Assembly: GCA_965226055.1 (NCBI GenBank)
Contig: CBDDCA010000002.1
Coordinates: forward strand, 1-64,000
Source: Spirochaetia bacterium
GTDB taxonomy: Bacteria > Spirochaetota > Spirochaetia > WTKD01 > G963693115
DNA: 64,000 nucleotides
Direction: 5' to 3'
A program made the position numbers and the translations under genes. Below the pieces are notes generated by a model that worked only from the letters and a program-made list of their open reading frames with translations, did not search any database and was not told the DNA's origin. This document shows positions 9,445-17,780 of the stretch, in pieces. The number at the start of each line of letters is the position of its first letter. The first letter of the stretch is position 1.

Positions 9445-11379
9445 ATGGTAGACTATAAAAATTTTGTATATAAACTAAAAAATAAGCTACCTAAAAAAAT
9501 AAGCGAAGAGCCTATACTGCGTATCCAAACTGGGTCTATTGAAGAGATACAAGAAAAGGCAAGTAGCTATTTTAATATGCCTATTGAAAACCTTAATTTT
9601 GAAATTGAAACTATTACTAGTTCTGCTAATACAAAACAGTATTCAGTAATTACTTATCCTAAAGTTAATTATTTGCGACAGGAATTTTTTGGTACTAATG
9701 TTGATAACAAAGATGGAATGGCTATTGTTCGCTTTGATGAATCAGGGAATATACTCCTATTAGTTGCACCGGCAGTAGGAGAAGGAAAGAATATTACATT
9801 TGATAGTGTAATAGATAAAGTGTATCAACGTATACCCTCCACAATTTCAGTTAATGCTTCTCTCGTTAAAAAAATTGTTCTTGCTGCAGAAAATAAATGG
9901 TCATTTATAGCTACCTATCCTTATGATGTAAATAATGATGTAAAATATAGTGTGTCTTTTTCTGAAGATGAGATGGTTGCTTTTTTATATATGATTCCTC
10001 CTGGTGTGAATGGAGCAGATCCTTCAAGAAAAAAAATAAGAAATATGCTTTACGCAGAAGGGGTGGTATATGGCATTGATGATAATATGCTTACTCAATT
10101 AGAATACATGCCATGTTATAATGAAGCTATTGCTGTGGCATATGGGAAAGAGGTGCAACATGGGGAAGATGCATGGATAAAGCTCATATCTTCTTTTGAT
10201 AAAAAGGAAGTGCAAAAGAGGTATGATCTGGCACATACCTTAACTTTGGTGAAGCAAGGTGATATAGTAGCCGAAAAAGTACCCTTAACATATGGATCAG
10301 AGGGCTATACAGTGACTAACAATGAAATTTTTCCTGAACCAGGGAATGATGTTGTTATGGTTTCTGGAAAAAATGTGAAATTAAGTCCAGATGGAAATTC
10401 TGTGGTAGCACTTAAGGATGGTGCAGTAAAGCTTATTCAAGGAAAGAAAGTAAGCGTAGAAGATTTATTAGTTATAGATTCTAGTCTCTCTTTAGAAATT
10501 GGTAATATTAATTTTCCTGGTTCGGTGCTTATTAAAGGAGATATTCCCGATGATTTTGAAATAACGGTAGGAGGGAGCTTACAAGTATACGGTGGTATTT
10601 CAAATTCTAATATACATGTAGATGGTAATCTTACCGTAGGGCATGGAATTAAGGGACGTGGAAATGCTCAAATATATGTTGGTGGAAATATGTTTGCAAA
10701 GTTTATTGAAAGTGCTAATCTTAGTATAGATAGGGATTGTTTTGTTGAACAATCTATTATTTCATCACAAATATTAGTGAAAGGGAGAATAGTAGTAGTA
10801 AGTGGTCGTGGGAAGGTGATGAGCAGCACGCTTACTGCAGGGATGGATATTTTTGTTCGTTCTATTGGTTCTGAACTAGGAGAAAGTAGTATACTAGAGA
10901 TTAAATCAAGGCCTAAGCTACGAAAGTTATATGAACAGCTTATTTTTACTAAGAGAGAAAAAATAAAAGAGCTAAATAGTTTGAAGCATTTTTTAGGAGA
11001 AGAAGATTATGCACTCATAAGAAAATTTTCCTCAATGGATAGTAACAAAAATACAGATGATGGCTTGTATATAAAATATGAAGCTGTAAAAAAAACAGTG
11101 AGGAGTATACAAAATATACAGCGAGAACTAAAAGGTATTGTACAAAAGCTAAAAGTTCTCAATGGATATCTTATAAAAGAAAAATCTATAGCTCTATTAC
11201 ATGTTATTCAGGATATTAAGGAAGGTACTGTTATCTCTATTGATAATGCGAGAATAACCACTAAAAATGATCTGCAACAAGTTGTCTTTTATTTGAATGA
11301 TGAAAAAATTTCTGTACGTGATTATAATCTAAAAAGTGATACCGCTAAACTTGAACAGGTGCTAAACAGTGTTAAATAG
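9445..11379 (+). CDS. fapA: FapA/DUF342 family flagellar assembly protein
   Basis: GNINFPGSVLIKGDI beta-helix repeats and C-terminal coiled coil; directly after fliA. Confidence 0.85.
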   Translation: MVDYKNFVYKLKNKLPKKISEEPILRIQTGSIEEIQEKASSYFNMPIENLNFEIETITSSANTKQYSVITYPKVNYLRQEFFGTNVDNKDGMAIVRFDESGNILLLVAPAVGEGKNITFDSVIDKVYQRIPSTISVNASLVKKIVLAAENKWSFIATYPYDVNNDVKYSVSFSEDEMVAFLYMIPPGVNGADPSRKKIRNMLYAEGVVYGIDDNMLTQLEYMPCYNEAIAVAYGKEVQHGEDAWIKLISSFDKKEVQKRYDLAHTLTLVKQGDIVAEKVPLTYGSEGYTVTNNEIFPEPGNDVVMVSGKNVKLSPDGNSVVALKDGAVKLIQGKKVSVEDLLVIDSSLSLEIGNINFPGSVLIKGDIPDDFEITVGGSLQVYGGISNSNIHVDGNLTVGHGIKGRGNAQIYVGGNMFAKFIESANLSIDRDCFVEQSIISSQILVKGRIVVVSGRGKVMSSTLTAGMDIFVRSIGSELGESSILEIKSRPKLRKLYEQLIFTKREKIKELNSLKHFLGEEDYALIRKFSSMDSNKNTDDGLYIKYEAVKKTVRSIQNIQRELKGIVQKLKVLNGYLIKEKSIALLHVIQDIKEGTVISIDNARITTKNDLQQVVFYLNDEKISVRDYNLKSDTAKLEQVLNSVK

Positions 11380-11680
11380 TGATGTTATTCAAAATAATGT
11401 ATCTTCTCTATATACTGTCGCATCTGAAGTCGATAAATTAAAGAAAGAAGGGGTAAGAAATCAGGAAGCATCTCAAAAAAAAATTGATGAGATTGCTAGC
11501 AAACAGGTAACATCAGTGACTGCTACTGATCAAGATTCTGATGCTCAGAAAGTGCTTGATGATGAAGAAGAAAAAGAAGAAAAACAGAAAAAATTGAGTG
11601 AGCATAAAAATATATCTCATGAAAAGAGAGAGATAATGAAAGACACAAGTAAAGGTGTTGTTGTGGATATTACGTGTTAG
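11369..11680 (+). CDS. Small charged hypothetical protein
   Basis: Coupled to fapA; C-terminal 'D..KG..VDI' pattern typical of small flagellar-region proteins. Confidence 0.65.
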   Translation: MLNSDVIQNNVSSLYTVASEVDKLKKEGVRNQEASQKKIDEIASKQVTSVTATDQDSDAQKVLDDEEEKEEKQKKLSEHKNISHEKREIMKDTSKGVVVDITC

Positions 11681-11684
11681 TGTT

Positions 11685-12182
11685 ATGTCATGGGTGAGCA
11701 TCTTTGTTATTATTTGTTTTTCAATTCTCATTAATATTGTAATATCATCATTTTTGATAGCACGATCCCATCATTCAAAAAAAATAGTATTGGAAGTGGA
11801 GCAAATATTATCAGATCTCATTAAAAATATTAATCAAGCTACATATGAACAGATAACCCTCGCAGAAGAGAGTATAAAAAAACTGCGTCATGAAAATAAA
11901 CAAGGAAAAGAAGTACATGCAAAACTTGCATTTTTAAGTGAAGAGAAGTATCAAGTATTATTACATGTTCTCAAAACTATTGAAAGAAAAAAAGCACACA
12001 CTTTAATTACCCCTACTGGTAGTAATGGTATTTCTAAAGAGAGGATGATAATAGCGAAAAAAAAATCGCAACAAGCATCTTTTCGTACACAGAATACACA
12101 AAAAAATCATGATAACCAAACATTGCAAGACATTAATTATAGTTCATTGTCATGTGATGAAATTGATCTACTCAAGCTATAG
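11685..12182 (+). CDS. Hypothetical single-TM coiled-coil protein
   Basis: N-terminal TM, 'INQATYEQITLAEE' coiled coil; last gene of the flagellar operon. Confidence 0.65.
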   Translation: MSWVSIFVIICFSILINIVISSFLIARSHHSKKIVLEVEQILSDLIKNINQATYEQITLAEESIKKLRHENKQGKEVHAKLAFLSEEKYQVLLHVLKTIERKKAHTLITPTGSNGISKERMIIAKKKSQQASFRTQNTQKNHDNQTLQDINYSSLSCDEIDLLKL

Positions 12183-13785
12183 AGTATGATCTGAAATTTC
12201 CATTTTTTGTTTCCTCTATCCCTAAATAGTTATATAATGTTTCTTTTTTAAAAATAGTTTCTTTACTTAACACTTCATGATATATTGGTAAATATTCTAA
12301 ATTTTTTCGCAATACTTTGTTAGTCTTAAATAATGATGAATATAGCCAGTTCATAAAATCAGAACTCAAATAATCTGCTAAAACTGAGTGTTTGATTGGA
12401 ACAAATATACTAGGAATTACTAAATTTGCACTATTTAATAAAAAATGTCTTTTGGTATCATGTGCAAAAATTAATTTTGATGAAATAAAACGATATACCA
12501 ATTTACTGTTAGCGGTATACAAGTCTATATCTGCCACTTGTTGATATAATGATACATTCTTAGGGATAAATAATTTCGGAACTTCAATACATTTATTATG
12601 AATATCTTTGCCACGTAAAATTGGCATATATCCCTCTTCTTCTTTTTTACTAAAAAATTTGGAGTTATTACCAGTTACTATCCCTAAACCCCAACGAGCA
12701 TTATTAGCTAATGTTATATGCTTTAAGGATAATAAATATTCAATAGTATTTTGTTCTTCTTGTATCACATCAATATTGAAAATATTTTCCCAATTTCTTG
12801 TAAATGAATGTTGTAGTCGAGCATGAGAAGTTGTATCATTATATTTTGAACAACAAACTATATTATTTGATGTGCTTTTTTTATTTTTTAGAAATAGACC
12901 AACAGAGGATGCCATCAATCCCTTAAATGGTTTTTTATAATCTACTAAACTAACTATTTCTTTCTCTAATATTTTTTCTCTAATATCAGCGAAAGCACTC
13001 ACAGAAAAACAAGAATCTGGTAATAGTAATCCAATAAAACCATTTTCTTTAGTGCATAAAATAGACAATGCTATAAAAAAGGCTGAGCTATCCATACTTT
13101 TACCTGTTTGAAAAATACGAGAAAAATTATTTTTTATATTTTTTGAATATTTTTTTCCCCACGGTGGATTGGTCATTATCACATTGTATGTTTCAGTTTT
13201 CCCTAGATAACACTGCTCTAAAGTATCAATATGCTTTAAGTGTGCATAACATCCTGTGCGTTCAAAAATACGTTTTTGTGCTATGTTCAGAGCTGTTTTG
13301 TCGATATCAAAACCATAAATATTTTCAGGTACAAACCCTGCTTCAATAGCTCCTAATAAAAAATTCCCTGTACCACAACAAGGATCGCAAAAAGTCATAC
13401 TATCGTTAATATCATCTGTCATTTTTTCAAAAAAGTCCTTAATGATATTCTCATGAGTGTAAAATATTCCTTCTTTATTCCGATAAGAACTTGATAATCC
13501 CTTTTCATATATAGAACTTAGTTGCTCAGTTGCATATTTTTTTTCTGCAATATTTTTAATTAATTCATCATGATTATGTGTATCTAATAGTAATTTATTG
13601 GCACGAGAATGTAATTTTTCTTTGCCTAAGATATTATTTTGAAAATGAGAAAAGGATGTATAACTTACCAAACCTTTCCCTGTAGTGTGCAAGTATCCAC
13701 ATTTTACCCAATTTCTGACAGTTGCTAAAGAGACACTAAAATTCTCTGTAATCCAATCATAAGAGACATGCTCAGTATGTATCAT
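12172..13785 (-). CDS. Gamma-class amino (likely N6-adenine) DNA methyltransferase with TaqI-like C-terminal domain and N-terminal HTH-like segment
   Basis: Motif I DPCCGTGNF, motif IV NPPW, 'LGIVTGNN...PILRGKDI...KLVYRFI' TaqI_C-like region. Confidence 0.9.
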   Translation of the reverse strand: MIHTEHVSYDWITENFSVSLATVRNWVKCGYLHTTGKGLVSYTSFSHFQNNILGKEKLHSRANKLLLDTHNHDELIKNIAEKKYATEQLSSIYEKGLSSSYRNKEGIFYTHENIIKDFFEKMTDDINDSMTFCDPCCGTGNFLLGAIEAGFVPENIYGFDIDKTALNIAQKRIFERTGCYAHLKHIDTLEQCYLGKTETYNVIMTNPPWGKKYSKNIKNNFSRIFQTGKSMDSSAFFIALSILCTKENGFIGLLLPDSCFSVSAFADIREKILEKEIVSLVDYKKPFKGLMASSVGLFLKNKKSTSNNIVCCSKYNDTTSHARLQHSFTRNWENIFNIDVIQEEQNTIEYLLSLKHITLANNARWGLGIVTGNNSKFFSKKEEEGYMPILRGKDIHNKCIEVPKLFIPKNVSLYQQVADIDLYTANSKLVYRFISSKLIFAHDTKRHFLLNSANLVIPSIFVPIKHSVLADYLSSDFMNWLYSSLFKTNKVLRKNLEYLPIYHEVLSKETIFKKETLYNYLGIEETKNGNFRSYSIA

Positions 13786-13871
13786 TATATTCCTTTCTAT
13801 TTTTTAGTATATCTCATTTTAGAGTTTTTATTTTGATATGAGATTTTTAGATCAGCCTCAAAAATGCTATG

Positions 13872-15710
13872 CTACTCAAAATAGAGATGCAGTGTTTTAT
13901 TATTTTCAATACTCGTGTTAGGTGCAGGTTCTTGATGTACTACTGTTCCATTTCCATGTAATTGTAGTTGTATATCCGTATTTATAAACAAAGACCATAT
14001 TTCTCGTTTGCTTTTTCCTCTATAGTTTTCATATACAGATCCTAAGCGTATGTTTGTATTTTCTTTTTGTTGTCTATACGCTACTGTCTGTACTTTTTCT
14101 GTTTCTTCTGTATTTTCAAGATATCCCAGATAAGGAAGAATAAACTTAAGCATCTTACGTATCATAGGAGCAGTAGTACGTCCCCCATATATCTCTCCTG
14201 AAGTTGGGGTATGGATAGCTGCATAAATAATAAGCTCAGGATCTTGTGTTGGAATGATACTGAGTGTTGAAGCTATAAAATTATCTTCTGAGTATTGTTT
14301 TTGTTCAATATCAAATACTTGAGCAGTGCCTGTTTTTGCTGATATGTCTATGCCGTCTATTTTTAGTCTATGTGCAGTACCTCCAGAACTTGTAGCATTG
14401 TTCATCATACGAAGCACTGTCTGTGCAGTCTCAGCCTTTAATACTTGTCTTTTTTCTTTTTTTTGAAAAGAGTATAATACATCTCCTTCTGAGGATATAA
14501 TTTTTTTTATTACTTGAGGGGTAAGCAAATACCCATTATTTACAAGAGTAGTAGCGGCTGTCACTAACTGCAATGCTGTTACTGCTATTTCTTGCCCCAA
14601 TGCAATAGTTGGCTTTGAACGTTGCGACCAGTATTTTGTATCTTTCAATATCCCATAATTTTCACCAGGAAGCTGTATTCCTGTTTTTTGTCCAAATCCA
14701 AATGCAGTGAGATATGTATGGAATGTATTGTTTGTTATTGTTTCGCTTGCTCGGGCTATTCCTACATTACTTGAGAATTTTATAATCTCTGATGTTGTAA
14801 TGACTCCAGGATACCAAATATCTTGAATGGTATATCCATATTCTTTACTAACATAAGGAGTACTGGCATCAAAGCGTGAATAAGGAGTGATTGCACCATA
14901 ATCAAGTAAACTCGCAATGGCAAATATCTTAAAGACACTTCCTGGTTCATAATTAAATCGTATCAATTTATTACTCAGTTGTTCTTGTGAATACCTATAG
15001 TATGTATTGAGATCAAAATTAGGGAGAGAAGCAAAAGCAAGTATTTCTCCTGTTTTTCCGTTCATAAGTATTGTGTTTATAAATGATGCCTTGCTTTCGA
15101 TAAGTGTTTCTTTTACAATTTCTTCTATGCTACTTTGTAAGATAGAGTCAATAGTAAGATAGAGAGAATTTCCTAATGGTGTTTCTTGTGTTGCTTGTAA
15201 TTCTGTGTCAAAACTTGCCTCTATACCATCTAAGCCCTTTCCTTCTTCTCCGTAGTACCCAATAAGATGTGCGAGCGACTCTTTTCCTGGATATTTTCTC
15301 CATGTCATTTCTGATAATTGCACTCCGTTTAATTTTCCTTCTTTCTTGAGAGCAGTAATAGCAGTATATTCATCGCTAGTAATGTGTTTTTTTATTCTGA
15401 CATATTTGTTAGGCTGTATTAGTTTTTGTTGTATTTCTTCAAGAGGAATATGTAATACTTCCGAAAGAGTTTCTTGTATTTCTTTTGGATTATCTGTATC
15501 AATTAACCGTAGTCCAACGCTTTTGCTTTTTACTTGCATAGCAAGAATATTGCCGTTTCTATCAAAGATAGGACCTCTTTCCATATACAGTGGTTGCTGT
15601 TCTTTATTGTTTTGGGGAGCATTTTTTGTGAGAGATACCATTTTTAAGGCAGTTATTATTGGGAGCATGAGAAATAAAGAGAAAATTACTATCCAGACAA
15701 GATATTTCAT
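13872..15710 (-). CDS. ftsI: Class B penicillin-binding protein (FtsI-like transpeptidase) with C-terminal PASTA-like domain
   Basis: RGPIFDRNG, YEPGSVFK (SxxK), SSN, KTG motifs. Confidence 0.88.
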   Translation of the reverse strand: MKYLVWIVIFSLFLMLPIITALKMVSLTKNAPQNNKEQQPLYMERGPIFDRNGNILAMQVKSKSVGLRLIDTDNPKEIQETLSEVLHIPLEEIQQKLIQPNKYVRIKKHITSDEYTAITALKKEGKLNGVQLSEMTWRKYPGKESLAHLIGYYGEEGKGLDGIEASFDTELQATQETPLGNSLYLTIDSILQSSIEEIVKETLIESKASFINTILMNGKTGEILAFASLPNFDLNTYYRYSQEQLSNKLIRFNYEPGSVFKIFAIASLLDYGAITPYSRFDASTPYVSKEYGYTIQDIWYPGVITTSEIIKFSSNVGIARASETITNNTFHTYLTAFGFGQKTGIQLPGENYGILKDTKYWSQRSKPTIALGQEIAVTALQLVTAATTLVNNGYLLTPQVIKKIISSEGDVLYSFQKKEKRQVLKAETAQTVLRMMNNATSSGGTAHRLKIDGIDISAKTGTAQVFDIEQKQYSEDNFIASTLSIIPTQDPELIIYAAIHTPTSGEIYGGRTTAPMIRKMLKFILPYLGYLENTEETEKVQTVAYRQQKENTNIRLGSVYENYRGKSKREIWSLFINTDIQLQLHGNGTVVHQEPAPNTSIENNKTLHLYFE

Positions 15711-15809
15711 CTCCTTAAAATATCGACAATAGTAAAACAGTACTCAATAATTATATTGATTGTGTCGAAAATATCGGTAGTATACAATAAAAAAAGAATA
15801 AAAATAATT

Positions 15810-17027
15810 ATGAAAACTCAAAAAGTATCACGAAATAAATCCATAGAAACTTCTCTTTATTATTATGGTGTCGCTACCGCAGAATATGATGTCTTTGATA
15901 ATGATATTCAAGATACCGTAAATTCTTATTTTCATAACAATAATGAGCGCATGGATACTGATACATATCGGGCTAAAGCCAATCGTGTAGTTTCTAAAGA
16001 AAATACTGCCCTTAAAAAGAATATATTCTCTCTTGTGTATATGTGGAAACAGATGATGAGCCTTGCTATGAGAGTGGCTGTTTTTCTTACAAGAATACCA
16101 GTACCAGTATTATGGTTTATTTTGTTAAGTTTTATGTCTTTATATCTTGGAATGAGTACGATAAACACTATTCATGGTGGTTTTGGCCATATGTCAAGCG
16201 AAAAAGTATACAACGGTATTACTACGGTAATGATAAACCCTCTCTCTTCCCATGAAGGATCACAAAATCAAGAGTCTTTTGATACTTCTCTGTTACAAGA
16301 GCTTAGTATGGATTCCTATGTCTTGCAGAGTGGAGATACATTGCTTGCATTAGCTATAGAGTTTGGTCGTAATGTAGATACGCTTGTAAGTGTAAATGCC
16401 ATTCAAGATGCTACCTCCATACAAATTGGTCAAAAAATCTTTGTTCCTACCCAAGACGGAATTATTCACAAAATTAAAAGGAACGAAACGCTTGGCTCTA
16501 TTGCTAAAACATATAATGTAAATGAAAATGCCATTGTAGATATAAATAATCTTCAAAATGAGACTCTTACTATTGGAAAACAATTATTTATTCCCGATGC
16601 AAAGATGAATTGGTTTGATCTAGGGCTTGTTTTAGGGACAGTATTTCAGTTGCCTACAAGAGGAAGATTGACTTCTGGATATGGCTATAGAGTAAGTCCT
16701 ATCACTGGGAGACGTCATTTTCATGGAGCTATTGATATTGCTAATAAAATCGGAACTCCCATCGTTGCTGCAGCCACAGGAGTAGTAAGCGCAGCTGGGA
16801 CTAATGTAGTATACGGGAAACATATAGAGATTGCACATCCTAATGGGTATAAAACATTGTATACTCATCTACATAATATGAAGGTACGCAGAGGACAGAG
16901 GGTAAGTCGTGGTGCTGTTATTGGATCTATGGGAAACACAGGACATAGTACAGGCCCTCATTTACATTTTGCTATCTTTAAGAATGGAAAGCATGAAAAT
17001 CCTCTTCTCTATGTTCGCTTTCGCTAG
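15810..17027 (+). CDS. LysM-domain M23 family peptidoglycan endopeptidase
   Basis: Two LysM repeats (GDTLLALA, NETLGSIAKTY); HGAID and STGPHLHF M23 zinc motifs. Confidence 0.92.
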   Translation: MKTQKVSRNKSIETSLYYYGVATAEYDVFDNDIQDTVNSYFHNNNERMDTDTYRAKANRVVSKENTALKKNIFSLVYMWKQMMSLAMRVAVFLTRIPVPVLWFILLSFMSLYLGMSTINTIHGGFGHMSSEKVYNGITTVMINPLSSHEGSQNQESFDTSLLQELSMDSYVLQSGDTLLALAIEFGRNVDTLVSVNAIQDATSIQIGQKIFVPTQDGIIHKIKRNETLGSIAKTYNVNENAIVDINNLQNETLTIGKQLFIPDAKMNWFDLGLVLGTVFQLPTRGRLTSGYGYRVSPITGRRHFHGAIDIANKIGTPIVAAATGVVSAAGTNVVYGKHIEIAHPNGYKTLYTHLHNMKVRRGQRVSRGAVIGSMGNTGHSTGPHLHFAIFKNGKHENPLLYVRFR

Positions 17028-17108
17028 TTGCACTATAGCTTATAGCATAACTACTGTAGTGCTATTATAGTTACACTGTTATTCTTTTCTATTTCAACAA
17101 TATCTCGT

Positions 17109-17735
17109 TCACCGTACTGAAAAACTTTTTCGATGAATACTACTCATGCCATGTTGTCGTATTGCTTGTTTGTGTTTTGCGGTAGGGTATCCTTTGTGGA
17201 TATTCATATGGTATAGTGGATATGCTTGATGTAAAAGCTCCATAAGTTCATCACGTGCTACTTTTGCAAGTATGGACGCTGCTTGAATTTCAGGTACTTT
17301 AGTATCACCTTTGACAATAGCTTGACACTGTACTGGTATCTGTGGGCAGAATTTTCCGTCTACTAACACTCGTATATTGTCTCTATCTTTTTGTTGGTTG
17401 TTTGTATAAAAAGACTGTAGCGGATGGGAATGAGCAGTATGTATACGGTGCTGTATGTACATAGTACATTGTGTATAGGCTCGTTGCATTGCTAAAAGGC
17501 TTGCATGATGAATATTGAGAGTATCAATTTCGTGAGGATATGCCCAGCCAAAGCCCCAGTACGCATGTTTCTTTATGACTATTGAGGCATTTTTTCGTTG
17601 TATTGCAGAGATTCTTTTTGAATCTTGTAATATACTATAAGAAGTGAAGTTGCTGTAGCTAAAACTTACACATGCAGCTGCAACAGGGCCGCATAAAGCA
17701 CCTCTACCAGCTTCATCTATTCCAAATATAACCAT
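17109..17735 (-). CDS. rnhB: Ribonuclease HII
   Basis: GIDEAGRG, DSK, VKGD, AASILAKVARD, KGYPT motifs. Confidence 0.96.
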   Translation of the reverse strand: MVIFGIDEAGRGALCGPVAAACVSFSYSNFTSYSILQDSKRISAIQRKNASIVIKKHAYWGFGWAYPHEIDTLNIHHASLLAMQRAYTQCTMYIQHRIHTAHSHPLQSFYTNNQQKDRDNIRVLVDGKFCPQIPVQCQAIVKGDTKVPEIQAASILAKVARDELMELLHQAYPLYHMNIHKGYPTAKHKQAIRQHGMSSIHRKSFSVR

Positions 17736-17780
17736 TTATTCATATTATATGGTAAAACAACAGGAAAGGTATATAATAAA

